64,000 nt of DNA from an uncultured Verrucomicrobiae bacterium (GTDB taxonomy: Bacteria; Verrucomicrobiota; Verrucomicrobiia; Limisphaerales; Palsa-1400): positions 1,408,001 to 1,472,000 of the forward strand of contig CAVXRD010000002.1 of NCBI GenBank assembly GCA_963764165.1, in the 5' to 3' direction. Numbering within the stretch: the first letter of the stretch is position 1; the number at the start of each line of letters is the position of its first letter. The notes under the pieces were generated by a model that was not told where the DNA came from, did not search any database, and saw only the letters and a program-made list of their open reading frames with translations. Below, one piece after another: positions 20,443 through 30,669 of the stretch. Both the position numbers and the translations under genes were made by a program.

Positions 20443-20640
20443 AGCCGTAACAACGCAATGGAGACGGGAAGCGCGACCGTCTCAGTCGCCTCCAGTCGGC
20501 GTCCCGCCGGCTGGTTCTGGCGGAAAATGTGGATCCACCATTCGGTGATTCATCAAAGGCGCAAGATGACTTGGGCGGGAGGCCGAAGACGGCGGTCGAG
20601 GACGACCGCGCTCCCCAATTTCAACTGCATTGTTACGGCT
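20443..20640. mobile_element. MITE-like non-coding element with about 40-bp imperfect terminal inverted repeats
   Basis: AGCCGTAACAACGCAATGGAGACGGGAAGCGCG ... CGCGCTCCCCAATTTCAACTGCATTGTTACGGCT. Confidence 0.6.
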
Positions 20641-20681
20641 TGGGAGGGAGCTGAATGCACTTTTCGATTAAGGCCAAGGGT

Positions 20682-21389
20682 CTACGCGAAATAACCCAAT
20701 TCCCTCAGTGAAACGTAATCCTTCCCATTCGGACCGGCCATGCGGCCGAGAATAATGTGGTCGAGCACTTCGATTTTGAGCAGATGTCCGGCGCGAATCA
20801 AATCGCGGGTGGCGCGGATGTCGGCCTCGGAAGGAGTGGGGTCGCCGCTGGGATGGTTGTGGACGAGCACGATGGCGGAGGCGTTGGCGGCGATGGCGCC
20901 GCGGAACACTTCGCGCGGATGCACCAAAATAGTATCGACAAGCCCCTGCGAAATCGCCTCGACGCGGATGAGCTTGCGGCGGACGTTCAGCAGAACGGCT
21001 TGAAAATGTTCGACTTCGTAGCGGCGGTTGTCTTCGCGCAGGTGGTCGGCGATGCTCGCGGGGTTGTCAAGCAAAGGCGCGTCGCCCTGCATTTCCCTGG
21101 CCATGCGGCGGGCGAGGGTGAAGGCGCTTTTCAGCGCGATGGCCTTGTCGCGCCCGATGCCTTTGGTCTCGCACAATTGATCGATGGTGGCGCGCTCCAG
21201 TTCCGTCAACGTTCCGAAGCGCATCAGCAATTGCCGCCCGATTTCAATGGCGGAGACGCCTTGCAAGCCCGTGCGGAGGATGATGGCGATGAGTTCGGCC
21301 GTTGTAAGCGCGTCGGCCCCCAGCGCGGCCAGGCGCTCGCGCGGCCGCTCACTGGCGGGAAGGTCTTTTATTTTGACACCATCGCCCAT
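20682..21389 (-). CDS. radC: RadC/JAB domain protein
   Basis: ERPRERL, GIG HhH motif, VHPREVF, HNHPSGDPTPS, LDHII. Confidence 0.95.
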   Translation of the reverse strand: MGDGVKIKDLPASERPRERLAALGADALTTAELIAIILRTGLQGVSAIEIGRQLLMRFGTLTELERATIDQLCETKGIGRDKAIALKSAFTLARRMAREMQGDAPLLDNPASIADHLREDNRRYEVEHFQAVLLNVRRKLIRVEAISQGLVDTILVHPREVFRGAIAANASAIVLVHNHPSGDPTPSEADIRATRDLIRAGHLLKIEVLDHIILGRMAGPNGKDYVSLRELGYFA

Positions 21390-21603
21390 GCCGCCGGAGG
21401 TTCTACCCGCTGGACGGCGATGCAGGCAAGTTCTTTGGTGGAGCAGGTACCAAGCAGGCGGAGATCAGCTCCTCGCGCAGTGGGCTCACCGCTGCGAGCC
21501 GATGCCAAGCCATGGCAGCCCTGTCCGGCCGGTTTGATCATTGATTTGGCGCCATCCGGGAGGCCCTTTTTCGTTTTTTCTGGACTTGCGACAGCGCATT
21601 GAT

Positions 21604-21653
21604 ACAATTGGCACAGGGGCATTGATCGTTTGCAATGCCCCTGTGCCAATTGT
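21604..21653. repeat. Perfect 21-bp inverted repeat with 8-nt loop
   Basis: ACAATTGGCACAGGGGCATTG-ATCGTTTG-CAATGCCCCTGTGCCAATTGT. Confidence 0.9.
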
Positions 21654-21696
21654 GATATAGCCGCTTATCGCGAGGTGCGAATCAAATCCAGGGAGT

Positions 21697-21854
21697 TGTG
21701 AGACAAAATTCTTCATTAAGCATTGTTTCCTCCGTCGGAGTATCTGGGAAATGGACAGACGCGGGAAGAATTGCCGGGCGCGCGGGAAAATCCAGGACCA
21801 CTGAAGCGCCGCAGGCGCTGGCAGACAACGCGGGATGAAGAATTTTGTCACACA
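21697..21854. repeat. 20-bp inverted repeat (1 mismatch) enclosing 118 bp
   Basis: TGTGAGACAAAATTCTTCAT ... ATGAAGAATTTTGTCACACA. Confidence 0.85.
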
Positions 21855-22064
21855 CCCGCCCACGTAAATCAAATCGGAGCGGACGTGACCGGGGAAAGCG
21901 AATACGCTTACGATATCTGATTTGCCCCCCGCACAACAGGGCAGGAAAATTTTTCGTTTCCACATGAGTCGCTTTCCACACCAGGAAAACAACGAAGGAT
22001 TGGTTCCAACGACCACCGAAGAAAATCCAAATTGCCACTTTTGTTTGCCAGATGAGGTGATACG

Positions 22065-22817
22065 ATGGCGGTCAGTGTGGTCAAAGAGTTGAGAGAATTT
22101 TTCAGACTGATCTCGCCTGTTGAGTCCGATGTCATCGACATCCACTCTCACCAGATGCCCATTGTCTACCGGAGGCATCACCGTGCGCGGAATTACGTTC
22201 TGCGGCTGCATTTCAACCGGACCGTCATCGTCACCATCCCGCGCGGGGGCACCAGGAAATTTGCGCGCGAATTTGTGGCCAGCCGGAAATCGTGGCTGGA
22301 GAAGCAATGGCGCGTCCTGGAAGCCAGGCGCGCGCCGCCGCATGTGCTCCGCCCCGGGATGGAAATCCTGCTGCGCGGCAAACCGGTCGCGCTGGAATTG
22401 CGGCAGGCCGGAGAGAACTGGGAGCTTCATTTTGGCTCGGAGCAAACGACCGTCCCGAATCCCGCCGCGAATCTTCGCCCGGCGCTGGAAAGTCATCTGC
22501 GCAGCGCCGCGCGCGATCAATTGGTCCGCCGCGTCCGCGAACTGGCCGCGGAGCATCCGTCGGACATCAAACACATTGTCGTCCGCAACCAAAAAAGCCG
22601 CTGGGGTTCCTGCTCCTGCCACGGCACCATTTCCCTCAATTGGCGCCTGATCCAGCTTCCCGATCACGTCCGCGATTACATCATTATTCACGAGCTGATG
22701 CACTTGCGCGAACTGAACCATTCGCCCCGTTTCTGGCGCGAAGTGGAAAAGGCCTGCCCGGCTTACCGCGCTGCCGAGGATTGGCTGAAGAAAAACTCCG
22801 GGCAGGTCGGATTTTAG
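22065..22817 (+). CDS. YgjP/DUF45 (SprT-like) zinc metalloprotein
   Basis: KSRWGSCS, ISLNWRL, YIIIHELMHLRELNHSPRFW. Confidence 0.9.
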   Translation: MAVSVVKELREFFRLISPVESDVIDIHSHQMPIVYRRHHRARNYVLRLHFNRTVIVTIPRGGTRKFAREFVASRKSWLEKQWRVLEARRAPPHVLRPGMEILLRGKPVALELRQAGENWELHFGSEQTTVPNPAANLRPALESHLRSAARDQLVRRVRELAAEHPSDIKHIVVRNQKSRWGSCSCHGTISLNWRLIQLPDHVRDYIIIHELMHLRELNHSPRFWREVEKACPAYRAAEDWLKKNSGQVGF

Positions 22818-22844
22818 CCGCTCGCGCATATAAGCGGCGCAGCA

Positions 22845-22873
22845 TTGACGTGACTGAGATTCTGTGTCACGCT
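22845..22873 (+). promoter_or_regulatory. Putative toxin-antitoxin promoter with overlapping operator palindrome
   Basis: TTGACG -35; CGTGAC-N11-GTCACG inverted repeat just upstream of the antitoxin ATG. Confidence 0.5.
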
Positions 22874-22880
22874 GAGACAC

Positions 22881-23141
22881 ATGAAAACCGTGACGATCCG
22901 AGAACTCCATGCCAAAACCGGTGAATTGGTGCGCGAGGCCTCGCGGCATGGGCACATTCTGGTGACCGACAATGGACGGACGATCGCAAAGATAGTGCCG
23001 GAAACGAATGAATCTGGTGTTCCATATTTTGCTCGACGCAAACCTTCGGCGGCTTTTGCTAAATTGGATGCCAGTGGCAAAACTGCCCGCGGCGCCGACG
23101 CGACTCAGTTAATTTCTGAGGACCGGGAAGACAGGGTTTGA
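22881..23141 (+). CDS. Phd/YefM family antitoxin
   Basis: MKTVTIRELHAKTGELV...ILVTDNGRTIAKIVP. Confidence 0.85.
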   Translation: MKTVTIRELHAKTGELVREASRHGHILVTDNGRTIAKIVPETNESGVPYFARRKPSAAFAKLDASGKTARGADATQLISEDREDRV

Positions 23142-23569
23142 TGCTCTATTTTGATACCAGTTATCTGGTGCGGCTGTATACGAAGGATGCTGGATGGGAA
23201 AAAGCGCGGGCGCTCGCCAAAACGGACAGCCTTGCCTGCTGCATCCATGGGCAGGCAGAGAGCGTGGCAGCATTTCACCGAAAATTCAGGGAAGGTGAGC
23301 TCTCCCATAAGGAATTGGAAACGCTGCTGGCCGAAATTGAAAAGGATTCCGATGCCGGCGCTTATCGCTGGCTGCCTCTATCTCCTGCTGTGGTGGCTCG
23401 CGTCGCGTCGACTTTTGCCAAGCTGCGATCCACAGTCGCCTTGCGCGCGGCCGATGCCATCCATTTAGCGTGCGCAGCAGAAGGTGGATTCGCCAGAGTG
23501 TATTCCAACGACACACGCCTGCTGGCAGCAGCCGCTCATTTCGGGCTGACAGGGGAAAACGTCATTTAG
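23138..23569 (+). CDS. VapC family PIN toxin
   Basis: LYFDTSYLVRLY...LRAADAIHLACA...SNDTRL; overlaps the antitoxin stop codon. Confidence 0.9.
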   Translation: MMLYFDTSYLVRLYTKDAGWEKARALAKTDSLACCIHGQAESVAAFHRKFREGELSHKELETLLAEIEKDSDAGAYRWLPLSPAVVARVASTFAKLRSTVALRAADAIHLACAAEGGFARVYSNDTRLLAAAAHFGLTGENVI

Positions 23570-23588
23570 CTGCGCTGAAGCAATCTTG

Positions 23589-24386
23589 TCAAAGAATCGA
23601 GCGCACCACCCCGCCTTCCACCCGCAATGCCGCGCCATTGGTGGCGGATGAAAGTGGGCTGGCGACGTAGGTCACCATCGCGGCCACTTCGTCGGTGGTG
23701 GCGAAACGCTGCAGGAGCGAATTGGGCCGCACGCTTTTGAAGAATTCCTTTTCAACAACTTCGGGAGCGACGCCCCGGTTTGACGCCATGTCTTTGACAA
23801 ATTTTTCCACGCCTTCGGACCGGGTCGGCCCGGCCAAAATAGAATTGACGGTCACGCCGGTGCCGGCGGTGGTGGCGGCGAGGCCGCTGGCGAGCGCGAT
23901 TTGCATCGTCTTGGTCACGCCGTAATGGATCATTTCCACCGGGATGTTCACGGCCGACTCGCTGGAAATGAAAATAATGCGGCCCCAATTCTTCGCCTTC
24001 ATCCGCGGCAAATAATGGCGGGACAAACGGACGCCGCTGAGAAAGTTCGTTTCAATGATGGAAAGCCATTCCGCATCAGTGGTTTCCTCAAAATTCTTCG
24101 GGAAGTAGATGCCAAGATTGTTGACAAGAATATCGACGTCCGGAAATAGCTTGACCCCTTCCGAGACGCCGCCGGCGGTCGCCAGGTCGATGGCCAGCGG
24201 CTCCAGCTTCGGTGGATGGGCGGCGGATTTGCGGATGCTGCTGATGGCTTCCTGGACGCGCGCTTCCGTTCGTCCATTGACGATGACGCGCGCGCCTTCG
24301 GCGGCCAGAGATTGAGCGATTGAGAAACCAATGCCGGCTGTCGAGCCGGTGACCAGGGCTGTTTTTCCGTCCAACTTCAAATTCAT
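23589..24386 (-). CDS. Short-chain dehydrogenase/reductase
   Basis: TGSTAGIG, DILVNN and YGVTK motifs. Confidence 0.92.
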   Translation of the reverse strand: MNLKLDGKTALVTGSTAGIGFSIAQSLAAEGARVIVNGRTEARVQEAISSIRKSAAHPPKLEPLAIDLATAGGVSEGVKLFPDVDILVNNLGIYFPKNFEETTDAEWLSIIETNFLSGVRLSRHYLPRMKAKNWGRIIFISSESAVNIPVEMIHYGVTKTMQIALASGLAATTAGTGVTVNSILAGPTRSEGVEKFVKDMASNRGVAPEVVEKEFFKSVRPNSLLQRFATTDEVAAMVTYVASPLSSATNGAALRVEGGVVRSIL

Positions 24387-24396
24387 GCCAGGTATT

Positions 24397-25485
24397 CTAC
24401 AGCGGTTCCGTCAATGCCGCCACCAGTTCGCTGACCTGCTCCATTGAATGCTGGCTGGAAACGACGAATCGGAAATAGCCGCCCTCTGGGCCGCCGGGAT
24501 ACCGGATGAATGACGGAAATATCTCGCGGGACAAAAGTTTCGCGCGGAATTTTTTTGTCTCGGCGGCTGAAGCTGGCACGATGCTGGCAATCGGGGAAGG
24601 TGTGTTCGCCACCGGACGGCCCACCGCGCGCAAGGCTGATTTAATATAATTGACGTTATGGGTGAGGCGGCAGCGCAATCCTGGATCCTGCCGAAGAATT
24701 TCCATGGAACGCATTGCCGCGAACGCCAGGGGCAGCGGCATGGGTGTGCTGCCAGCGAACATGTGGCTATGACCGGCGAGTTTCGCTTTCGTGCGCGCGT
24801 CGCACAAAATGGCTCCGCCGTAGCATCCGAATGCCTTGCTCAAGGTGATCGCCTGGATGATGCGTTTGCGCGAAACATTGCAATACTCTGGCGTGCCCTT
24901 GCCGGTGGCCCCCAGCAAGCCCGCCGCATGGGCGTCATCGACCAGCAGCATTCCATTGGCAGGCAGGGCTTTGAGATATTGCGGCAGCGGCGCAATTTCG
25001 CCATCGCGCGAAAACATGCCGTCCGTCATGACCAGCGGCCGCGATTTCCCTCCGAGCTTTCGCAGTTTTCTGGCGAGATCAACCGCATCGCGATGTTTGA
25101 AATTCATCACCTTGCCCGCAAAGAACTTCACGGCATCGCGCTGGCTGACATGCGCGTTAGTGTCAATAAGAATGTGCGAAAACTCCCCGCCCAGGGCCTG
25201 AACGACGACCGGGTTCGTCGCATAGCCATTTCCCGTCAGCAAAGCGGCGGGCGCCCCAAAAAATTTGGCCAGCGCACTCTCCAATTCGGTGAACAACGGG
25301 TGATTGCCAGTGGTGATGCGCGAGGCGGCGACGTTCAGGCCGCAGCGATCAAGGCCTTCCTTGACGGCGGATAAAACTTCTGGATGGCTGGCGAGGCGAA
25401 AATAATCGCAACCGGCGAAATAAGAGAGGCGGCGCTCCCGCCAAATGACATACGTGCGGTCAATTTGCCGCAGCTCTTCGTTCAT
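24397..25485 (-). CDS. 8-amino-7-oxononanoate synthase-like PLP enzyme (class I/II)
   Basis: DYFRLA, ASR, TDGMFSRDG, VDDAHA, TLSKAFG. Confidence 0.8.
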   Translation of the reverse strand: MNEELRQIDRTYVIWRERRLSYFAGCDYFRLASHPEVLSAVKEGLDRCGLNVAASRITTGNHPLFTELESALAKFFGAPAALLTGNGYATNPVVVQALGGEFSHILIDTNAHVSQRDAVKFFAGKVMNFKHRDAVDLARKLRKLGGKSRPLVMTDGMFSRDGEIAPLPQYLKALPANGMLLVDDAHAAGLLGATGKGTPEYCNVSRKRIIQAITLSKAFGCYGGAILCDARTKAKLAGHSHMFAGSTPMPLPLAFAAMRSMEILRQDPGLRCRLTHNVNYIKSALRAVGRPVANTPSPIASIVPASAAETKKFRAKLLSREIFPSFIRYPGGPEGGYFRFVVSSQHSMEQVSELVAALTEPL

Positions 25486-25542
25486 GCCGGTTTGTAACAA
25501 ATGCGCGACGCCTTGGACAGCCGAAAGCAGGAAGATGGATTA

Positions 25543-25706
25543 AATCTGGAACTCAGGAAATCAGGAAAGGACGCAGGGGTCGCACAACGGGAGCAATGCT
25601 AATTAGGGGAGATATCCGGGCGGCACGTTCAGTCGAATGATCACGGATAAAAATGACGCGCGATATTAATATCAAGTTCTTTTCCTGATTTCCTGAGTTC
25701 CAGATT
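25543..25706. repeat. Inverted pair of the 25-bp CAGGAA-family repeat
   Basis: AATCTGGAACTCAGGAAATCAGGAA ... TTCCTGATTTCCTGAGTTCCAGATT (perfect). Confidence 0.85.
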
Positions 25707-25838
25707 GAAAATCCCCTCTCCCTCAAATTCCGGTCTCGCACTGGCCTCTTGACCAAAGCGGCTATGTGTGTTTGAGTTTACAGGGTCGCCCCAAAAACGA
25801 GGTATCCGACTGTTGGTTCAAAAAACGGCAAGTCAGAA

Positions 25839-27869
25839 ATGATACGCAGCAACGCCAAATTAAATTCTATGAAACAACTTCAATCGATCCATTCCACTCG
25901 CGGCAAGAAGGTCGCATGCACTGTCTCAGCCGCGGCGCTGATGCTGGGCGTCAGTTCCGCCGCCACCATTGGCCTGCATTTCCAGGAGAATTATTGCGGG
26001 GCCCCTGCCTACTCTGGATATCCAGTGACGCTGACGGCCTTTGGCATCGCCCCCAGCGGTTGGGAGAATCTTCTTCCGATGGACACCGGATATAACGGTT
26101 GCGCGGGCCCCCTCAGTTACATGTTCACGGAACTGATCGATTCCACCACCAGCACAAACGGTCTCAATCCGCTGCCGAACGGCTCCCTGACCGTTACCTG
26201 GTCTGGACCGACGGCAAACTTCGACCCTTTCGCCGGTTACGCTGGCGCGCCTCCCTACTATTATACGCCTGGAGGCCCCCTCCCCACCAACGCGGCTACC
26301 GGCGAAGAGCAGATCTACGCCACTTTCATTCGCGACGGCATTAACTTCGGGCCCGGCAGCTCGGGTGGAGATAATGACCAGCCGGGCTATTTGATTGACG
26401 TGACCGGCCTCAAGAGCTTGTTCACGAATTCGCCGTTCGTGGTCGAGTTGATGGCGTCTGGTGATTCGATTGAAACCCTGACGAATGCGTATATTACTGA
26501 CGTCACAACTTCCACACTGAATATCGTCAGCTACCCGAATATTCCGCCTGTGGACCGTACGGAATCGAGCTCATATTACCAGGGCACCGGCGGCGGCTTG
26601 AGCACAGCCAGCGCTCCGTTGAATACCGATCACATCCAAATCAAGAGCGCACCGCCGGAGCATGAACTTTTTCCCGGCCCCAACCACGCGGGGACGATTT
26701 CCGGATTCATCATCACCGACAAGCCCGTCATTACGATGTCGCCGCAGCCGGTCCCTCTGGCCGGGCCTGGTGACACGATCCAACTGAGCGCCTACGCCAT
26801 CGGCGTGCCGCCGCTGTCGTATCAATGGCAATTAAATGGGGAGTCCCTCGTTGGCGCGACCACGTCGGCTTACACGATCAGCAATTTCTTCAATCCCGGC
26901 ACATTGAGCTTTTCGCTGCAGGTCAGCAACGCTTACGGCATCGCCACCAGCGCGGTTTCGACGGTGACGGGTGATTCGATTCTTTTGAGCAAGACCAACA
27001 ATATTGTCTTCGACAGCAGCAGTTCGAATGCGCAAAATAACGGTTTCAACATCGGATCCACCTGGCTTGCATCGAGCACCGGCAGCAATGGGGTCACGCG
27101 CACCGGCGTGGAAAGCTTCAGTGTCGAAGCGACCAACGGCATTTCTGTCGCGGATGACACGAATTTTGACGGTTCGACCGGCACCATCACGCTGTGGATG
27201 AAATCGCCCGGCACCGATTCGTCCGAGGGCGGACTTTATGGCGGATCATTGTTCTGCCGCGCGACGGGAACTCCTTTGAACGACTTTATCCTGCTGCAGG
27301 CGGATAGCGGACAGGCGCTGTTTTATGGCACGCAAGCCTCTGGCACGAGCGTTCAATCGACATCGACCGTTTCTGATGGCAATTGGCACTTTGTCGCCCT
27401 GACTTTTGACCAGGCGGCCTCGGGCGGGGTGGGTTTGTTTGTGGATGGCACGCTTCAGGCCACCAACGGCAATAGCTCAGCGTGGTCATGGCCAGCTGGC
27501 GCGCCTTTGGAAATTGGCTACACGACAGACACATCGTTTGAGAATTACAGCGGGCAGCTCGATGACGTTCGTTATTACAGCGCTGTGCTGACCCCGAGCC
27601 AAATCGCCCAGGTTTACACCACGGGCGCCGCTGTGGATCCGGCTGCATTGGAATTCGATTTCAACTTCAATACCGCGCCGGGCGCGGGAACAGTTCTTAC
27701 GTGGAAGATAAGTTCGGCTGTGCTGCAATCTGCTCCGGCGTTGAATGGGCCCTGGACGGACCTGCCGGGCGTCACTTCACCGTACACGATCGTCCCATCG
27801 CAATCACAGCAATTCTTCCGTTACCGCTACGTTCCGCAGACGCGGATCAGCAATCCGTATTTGATGTAA
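25839..27869 (+). CDS. Secreted protein with Ig-like and LamG/concanavalin-like domains
   Basis: Signal peptide; PPLSYQWQLNG (Ig); DGNWHFVALT, GQLDDVRYY (LamG); start may be 25869. Confidence 0.85.
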   Translation: MIRSNAKLNSMKQLQSIHSTRGKKVACTVSAAALMLGVSSAATIGLHFQENYCGAPAYSGYPVTLTAFGIAPSGWENLLPMDTGYNGCAGPLSYMFTELIDSTTSTNGLNPLPNGSLTVTWSGPTANFDPFAGYAGAPPYYYTPGGPLPTNAATGEEQIYATFIRDGINFGPGSSGGDNDQPGYLIDVTGLKSLFTNSPFVVELMASGDSIETLTNAYITDVTTSTLNIVSYPNIPPVDRTESSSYYQGTGGGLSTASAPLNTDHIQIKSAPPEHELFPGPNHAGTISGFIITDKPVITMSPQPVPLAGPGDTIQLSAYAIGVPPLSYQWQLNGESLVGATTSAYTISNFFNPGTLSFSLQVSNAYGIATSAVSTVTGDSILLSKTNNIVFDSSSSNAQNNGFNIGSTWLASSTGSNGVTRTGVESFSVEATNGISVADDTNFDGSTGTITLWMKSPGTDSSEGGLYGGSLFCRATGTPLNDFILLQADSGQALFYGTQASGTSVQSTSTVSDGNWHFVALTFDQAASGGVGLFVDGTLQATNGNSSAWSWPAGAPLEIGYTTDTSFENYSGQLDDVRYYSAVLTPSQIAQVYTTGAAVDPAALEFDFNFNTAPGAGTVLTWKISSAVLQSAPALNGPWTDLPGVTSPYTIVPSQSQQFFRYRYVPQTRISNPYLM

Positions 27870-27872
27870 AAC

Positions 27873-27910
27873 AAAAAGCCCCCCGGCCGTCTCGCCGGGG
27901 GGCATTTTTT
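27873..27910. terminator. Bidirectional intrinsic terminator
   Basis: A-tract, GC-rich hairpin, T-tract between convergent genes. Confidence 0.8.
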
Positions 27911-27929
27911 CCAAATGCAAAGTGGGCGG

Positions 27930-29012
<1,083 letters not shown>

Positions 29013-29107
29013 TTACCGAAGTTAATGCTCAAGTTTACGGCTGCCTGCTGGACCGTCAACCCCTAAACGTTCGCGAATTTTGCTTTCCCCCTCTCACTTT
29101 TTGGCGA

Positions 29108-29143
29108 CAAAAAATCGCCGCCTGGCATTTTCCAAGCGGCGAT
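29108..29143 (-). terminator. Probable intrinsic terminator of the prepilin-like gene
   Basis: AAAAAATCGCCGC...GCGGCGAT hairpin with T-tract on the minus strand. Confidence 0.55.
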
Positions 29144-29194
29144 AAGGAGAATTTTTGCGGGGCGCGCCCGGCAAAATTGAATGGGGGGCCGGTT

Positions 29195-29956
29195 TCAGTA
29201 TAGCGACGCGTAATTGGTGCGGCCCGTCACCGTAATCGCCCACAAATTGTAGGTGGGGCCCAAATCCTGATATTGACGGAGGAAACGGGCGCTGTTGTCG
29301 GCAAACGCGTAGTCCGATCCCTCAAGATGCGTGTTCTGGTTCAATTCTGTCCCGTCATTCCCCTGCTGGATGCCGTTTGTGCTGGTCGCTAATTCCAGCA
29401 AGTCCATATGGTCCTGGCTGGACTTCGGGATCTTTTCTCCAAATATGATCGTGTCGGAAGGAAACTGAATGCGCCCGTCGGGCATCCCTTGAGGATAAGT
29501 GCCCGCCATGTAGGATTGGAAGGTTGTGGGATCGAGCGTCTGGAAGAAGTAATCATTGTCGCCATTGATCATGTAAGTCCGGGGCGCGGAGTCGGCGATA
29601 TACGTTGTGTTAGGATCGCTCCCGGATTGCGGCTTGTTAATGGCGTCGACCGGGCAAACGAGAATGGCGACATTTTTGTAGTAGGGATACAACTGCTGGC
29701 ACCAGCGGTTGGTGCCGCAGCGGGGCGGGAAGAAATTGTTGTTGTCACCGGCGTACATAATGTTGGCGGTGCCCAGCTGCTTCATATTGTTAAGGCAGGA
29801 CATCCGCTGGCCGGCTTGCTTGGCTGTGCTGAGGGCCGGAAGGAGCATGCTGGCGAGAATCGCGATGATGGCGATGACCACCAAAAGTTCAATCAGCGTG
29901 AATGCTGAACACCTGTTCCCTTTTCCGTTTTTAAATTGTGTGGCAATATTCTTCAT
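29195..29956 (-). CDS. Prepilin-type N-terminal cleavage/methylation protein (DUF1559-like)
   Basis: [34 protein letters not shown], [14 protein letters not shown] (H-X9-DG-like). Confidence 0.9.
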   Translation of the reverse strand: MKNIATQFKNGKGNRCSAFTLIELLVVIAIIAILASMLLPALSTAKQAGQRMSCLNNMKQLGTANIMYAGDNNNFFPPRCGTNRWCQQLYPYYKNVAILVCPVDAINKPQSGSDPNTTYIADSAPRTYMINGDNDYFFQTLDPTTFQSYMAGTYPQGMPDGRIQFPSDTIIFGEKIPKSSQDHMDLLELATSTNGIQQGNDGTELNQNTHLEGSDYAFADNSARFLRQYQDLGPTYNLWAITVTGRTNYASLY

Positions 29957-30025
29957 ATAATCTGTCAAGCACGAATCCAAAACTAAATCGAATAATCCGC
30001 TCTCTAATCGTGTCATCTTTACTGG

Positions 30026-30457
30026 ATGAATAAAAGAACGGTTTTGCTTGTTTGCGCGGCGTTGGTTCTGGCCGGCGTCTATTATCGCTTCTTCATGGAC
30101 GGACGCAAAAAGCCCGGCATTCAAATTTTCTGCGAAAAATCCCGGGCCGGCATCATGGGCAACAGTGCCTCTCCGAGCCTCATCTTCCGTTTCCCCAACG
30201 CGTGCGCGCTCACTTCTGTCGAGGTGGTGGAGGCCGAAGACGCGCGCACAAATAAATTTCCCCACCCGCTTTGGCACATGGTCGCAGCCGACAAGCCGCC
30301 TAAAACCTCGGCATTTGTGTACGGCGCGCCAATACCCGGGATGAAGCCCGACATTGCCTCCGCGGTGCCCGAGCCGCTTGAATCTGGCAACGAATACTTG
30401 ATAGTCGTCGAATCGGAAAAAAAACTTAAAGGCACCCTGCCGTTTAAGGGGCCATAG
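30026..30457 (+). CDS. Membrane-anchored hypothetical protein
   Basis: N-terminal hydrophobic anchor; divergent from the prepilin gene. Confidence 0.65.
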   Translation: MNKRTVLLVCAALVLAGVYYRFFMDGRKKPGIQIFCEKSRAGIMGNSASPSLIFRFPNACALTSVEVVEAEDARTNKFPHPLWHMVAADKPPKTSAFVYGAPIPGMKPDIASAVPEPLESGNEYLIVVESEKKLKGTLPFKGP

Positions 30458-30476
30458 GCCGCCGTTCGCATTCTCG

Positions 30477-30590
30477 GCAGAGGGGAGACTCTGTCGAGCC
30501 CCGATTGGATTTCCGGGATCGCGGCCAAAATTCCTATGAATGTAACTTGGCTCGGGCGGAAGTTCCGCCTCCCGAGAGTCTCGCCCCGCC
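30477..30590. repeat. REP-like inverted pair
   Basis: GGGGAGACTCTGTCGAGCC ... GGCTCG...AGAGTCTCGCCCCGCC; related unit near 55247. Confidence 0.5.
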
Positions 30591-30669
30591 GGGGGCGCTG
30601 ACCAGAAAGTTTCTTGCGCCCGCCGCAAAGCTGAGTTTAGATTCCTGAGCCAGCGAAGGAAGAGACTTT

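Noticed and set aside
21440..21580. Possible riboswitch or ncRNA upstream of radC
   Set aside because: One GC hairpin is present, but I could not match any known riboswitch, SRP or 6S consensus
21609..21648. TGGCAC in the hairpin arms as sigma54 promoters
   Set aside because: The GG-to-GC spacing does not fit the -24/-12 consensus
29195..30628. 477-aa ORF as called by the track
   Set aside because: The prepilin motif shows the real start is near 29956; the extension overlaps a plausible opposite-strand gene
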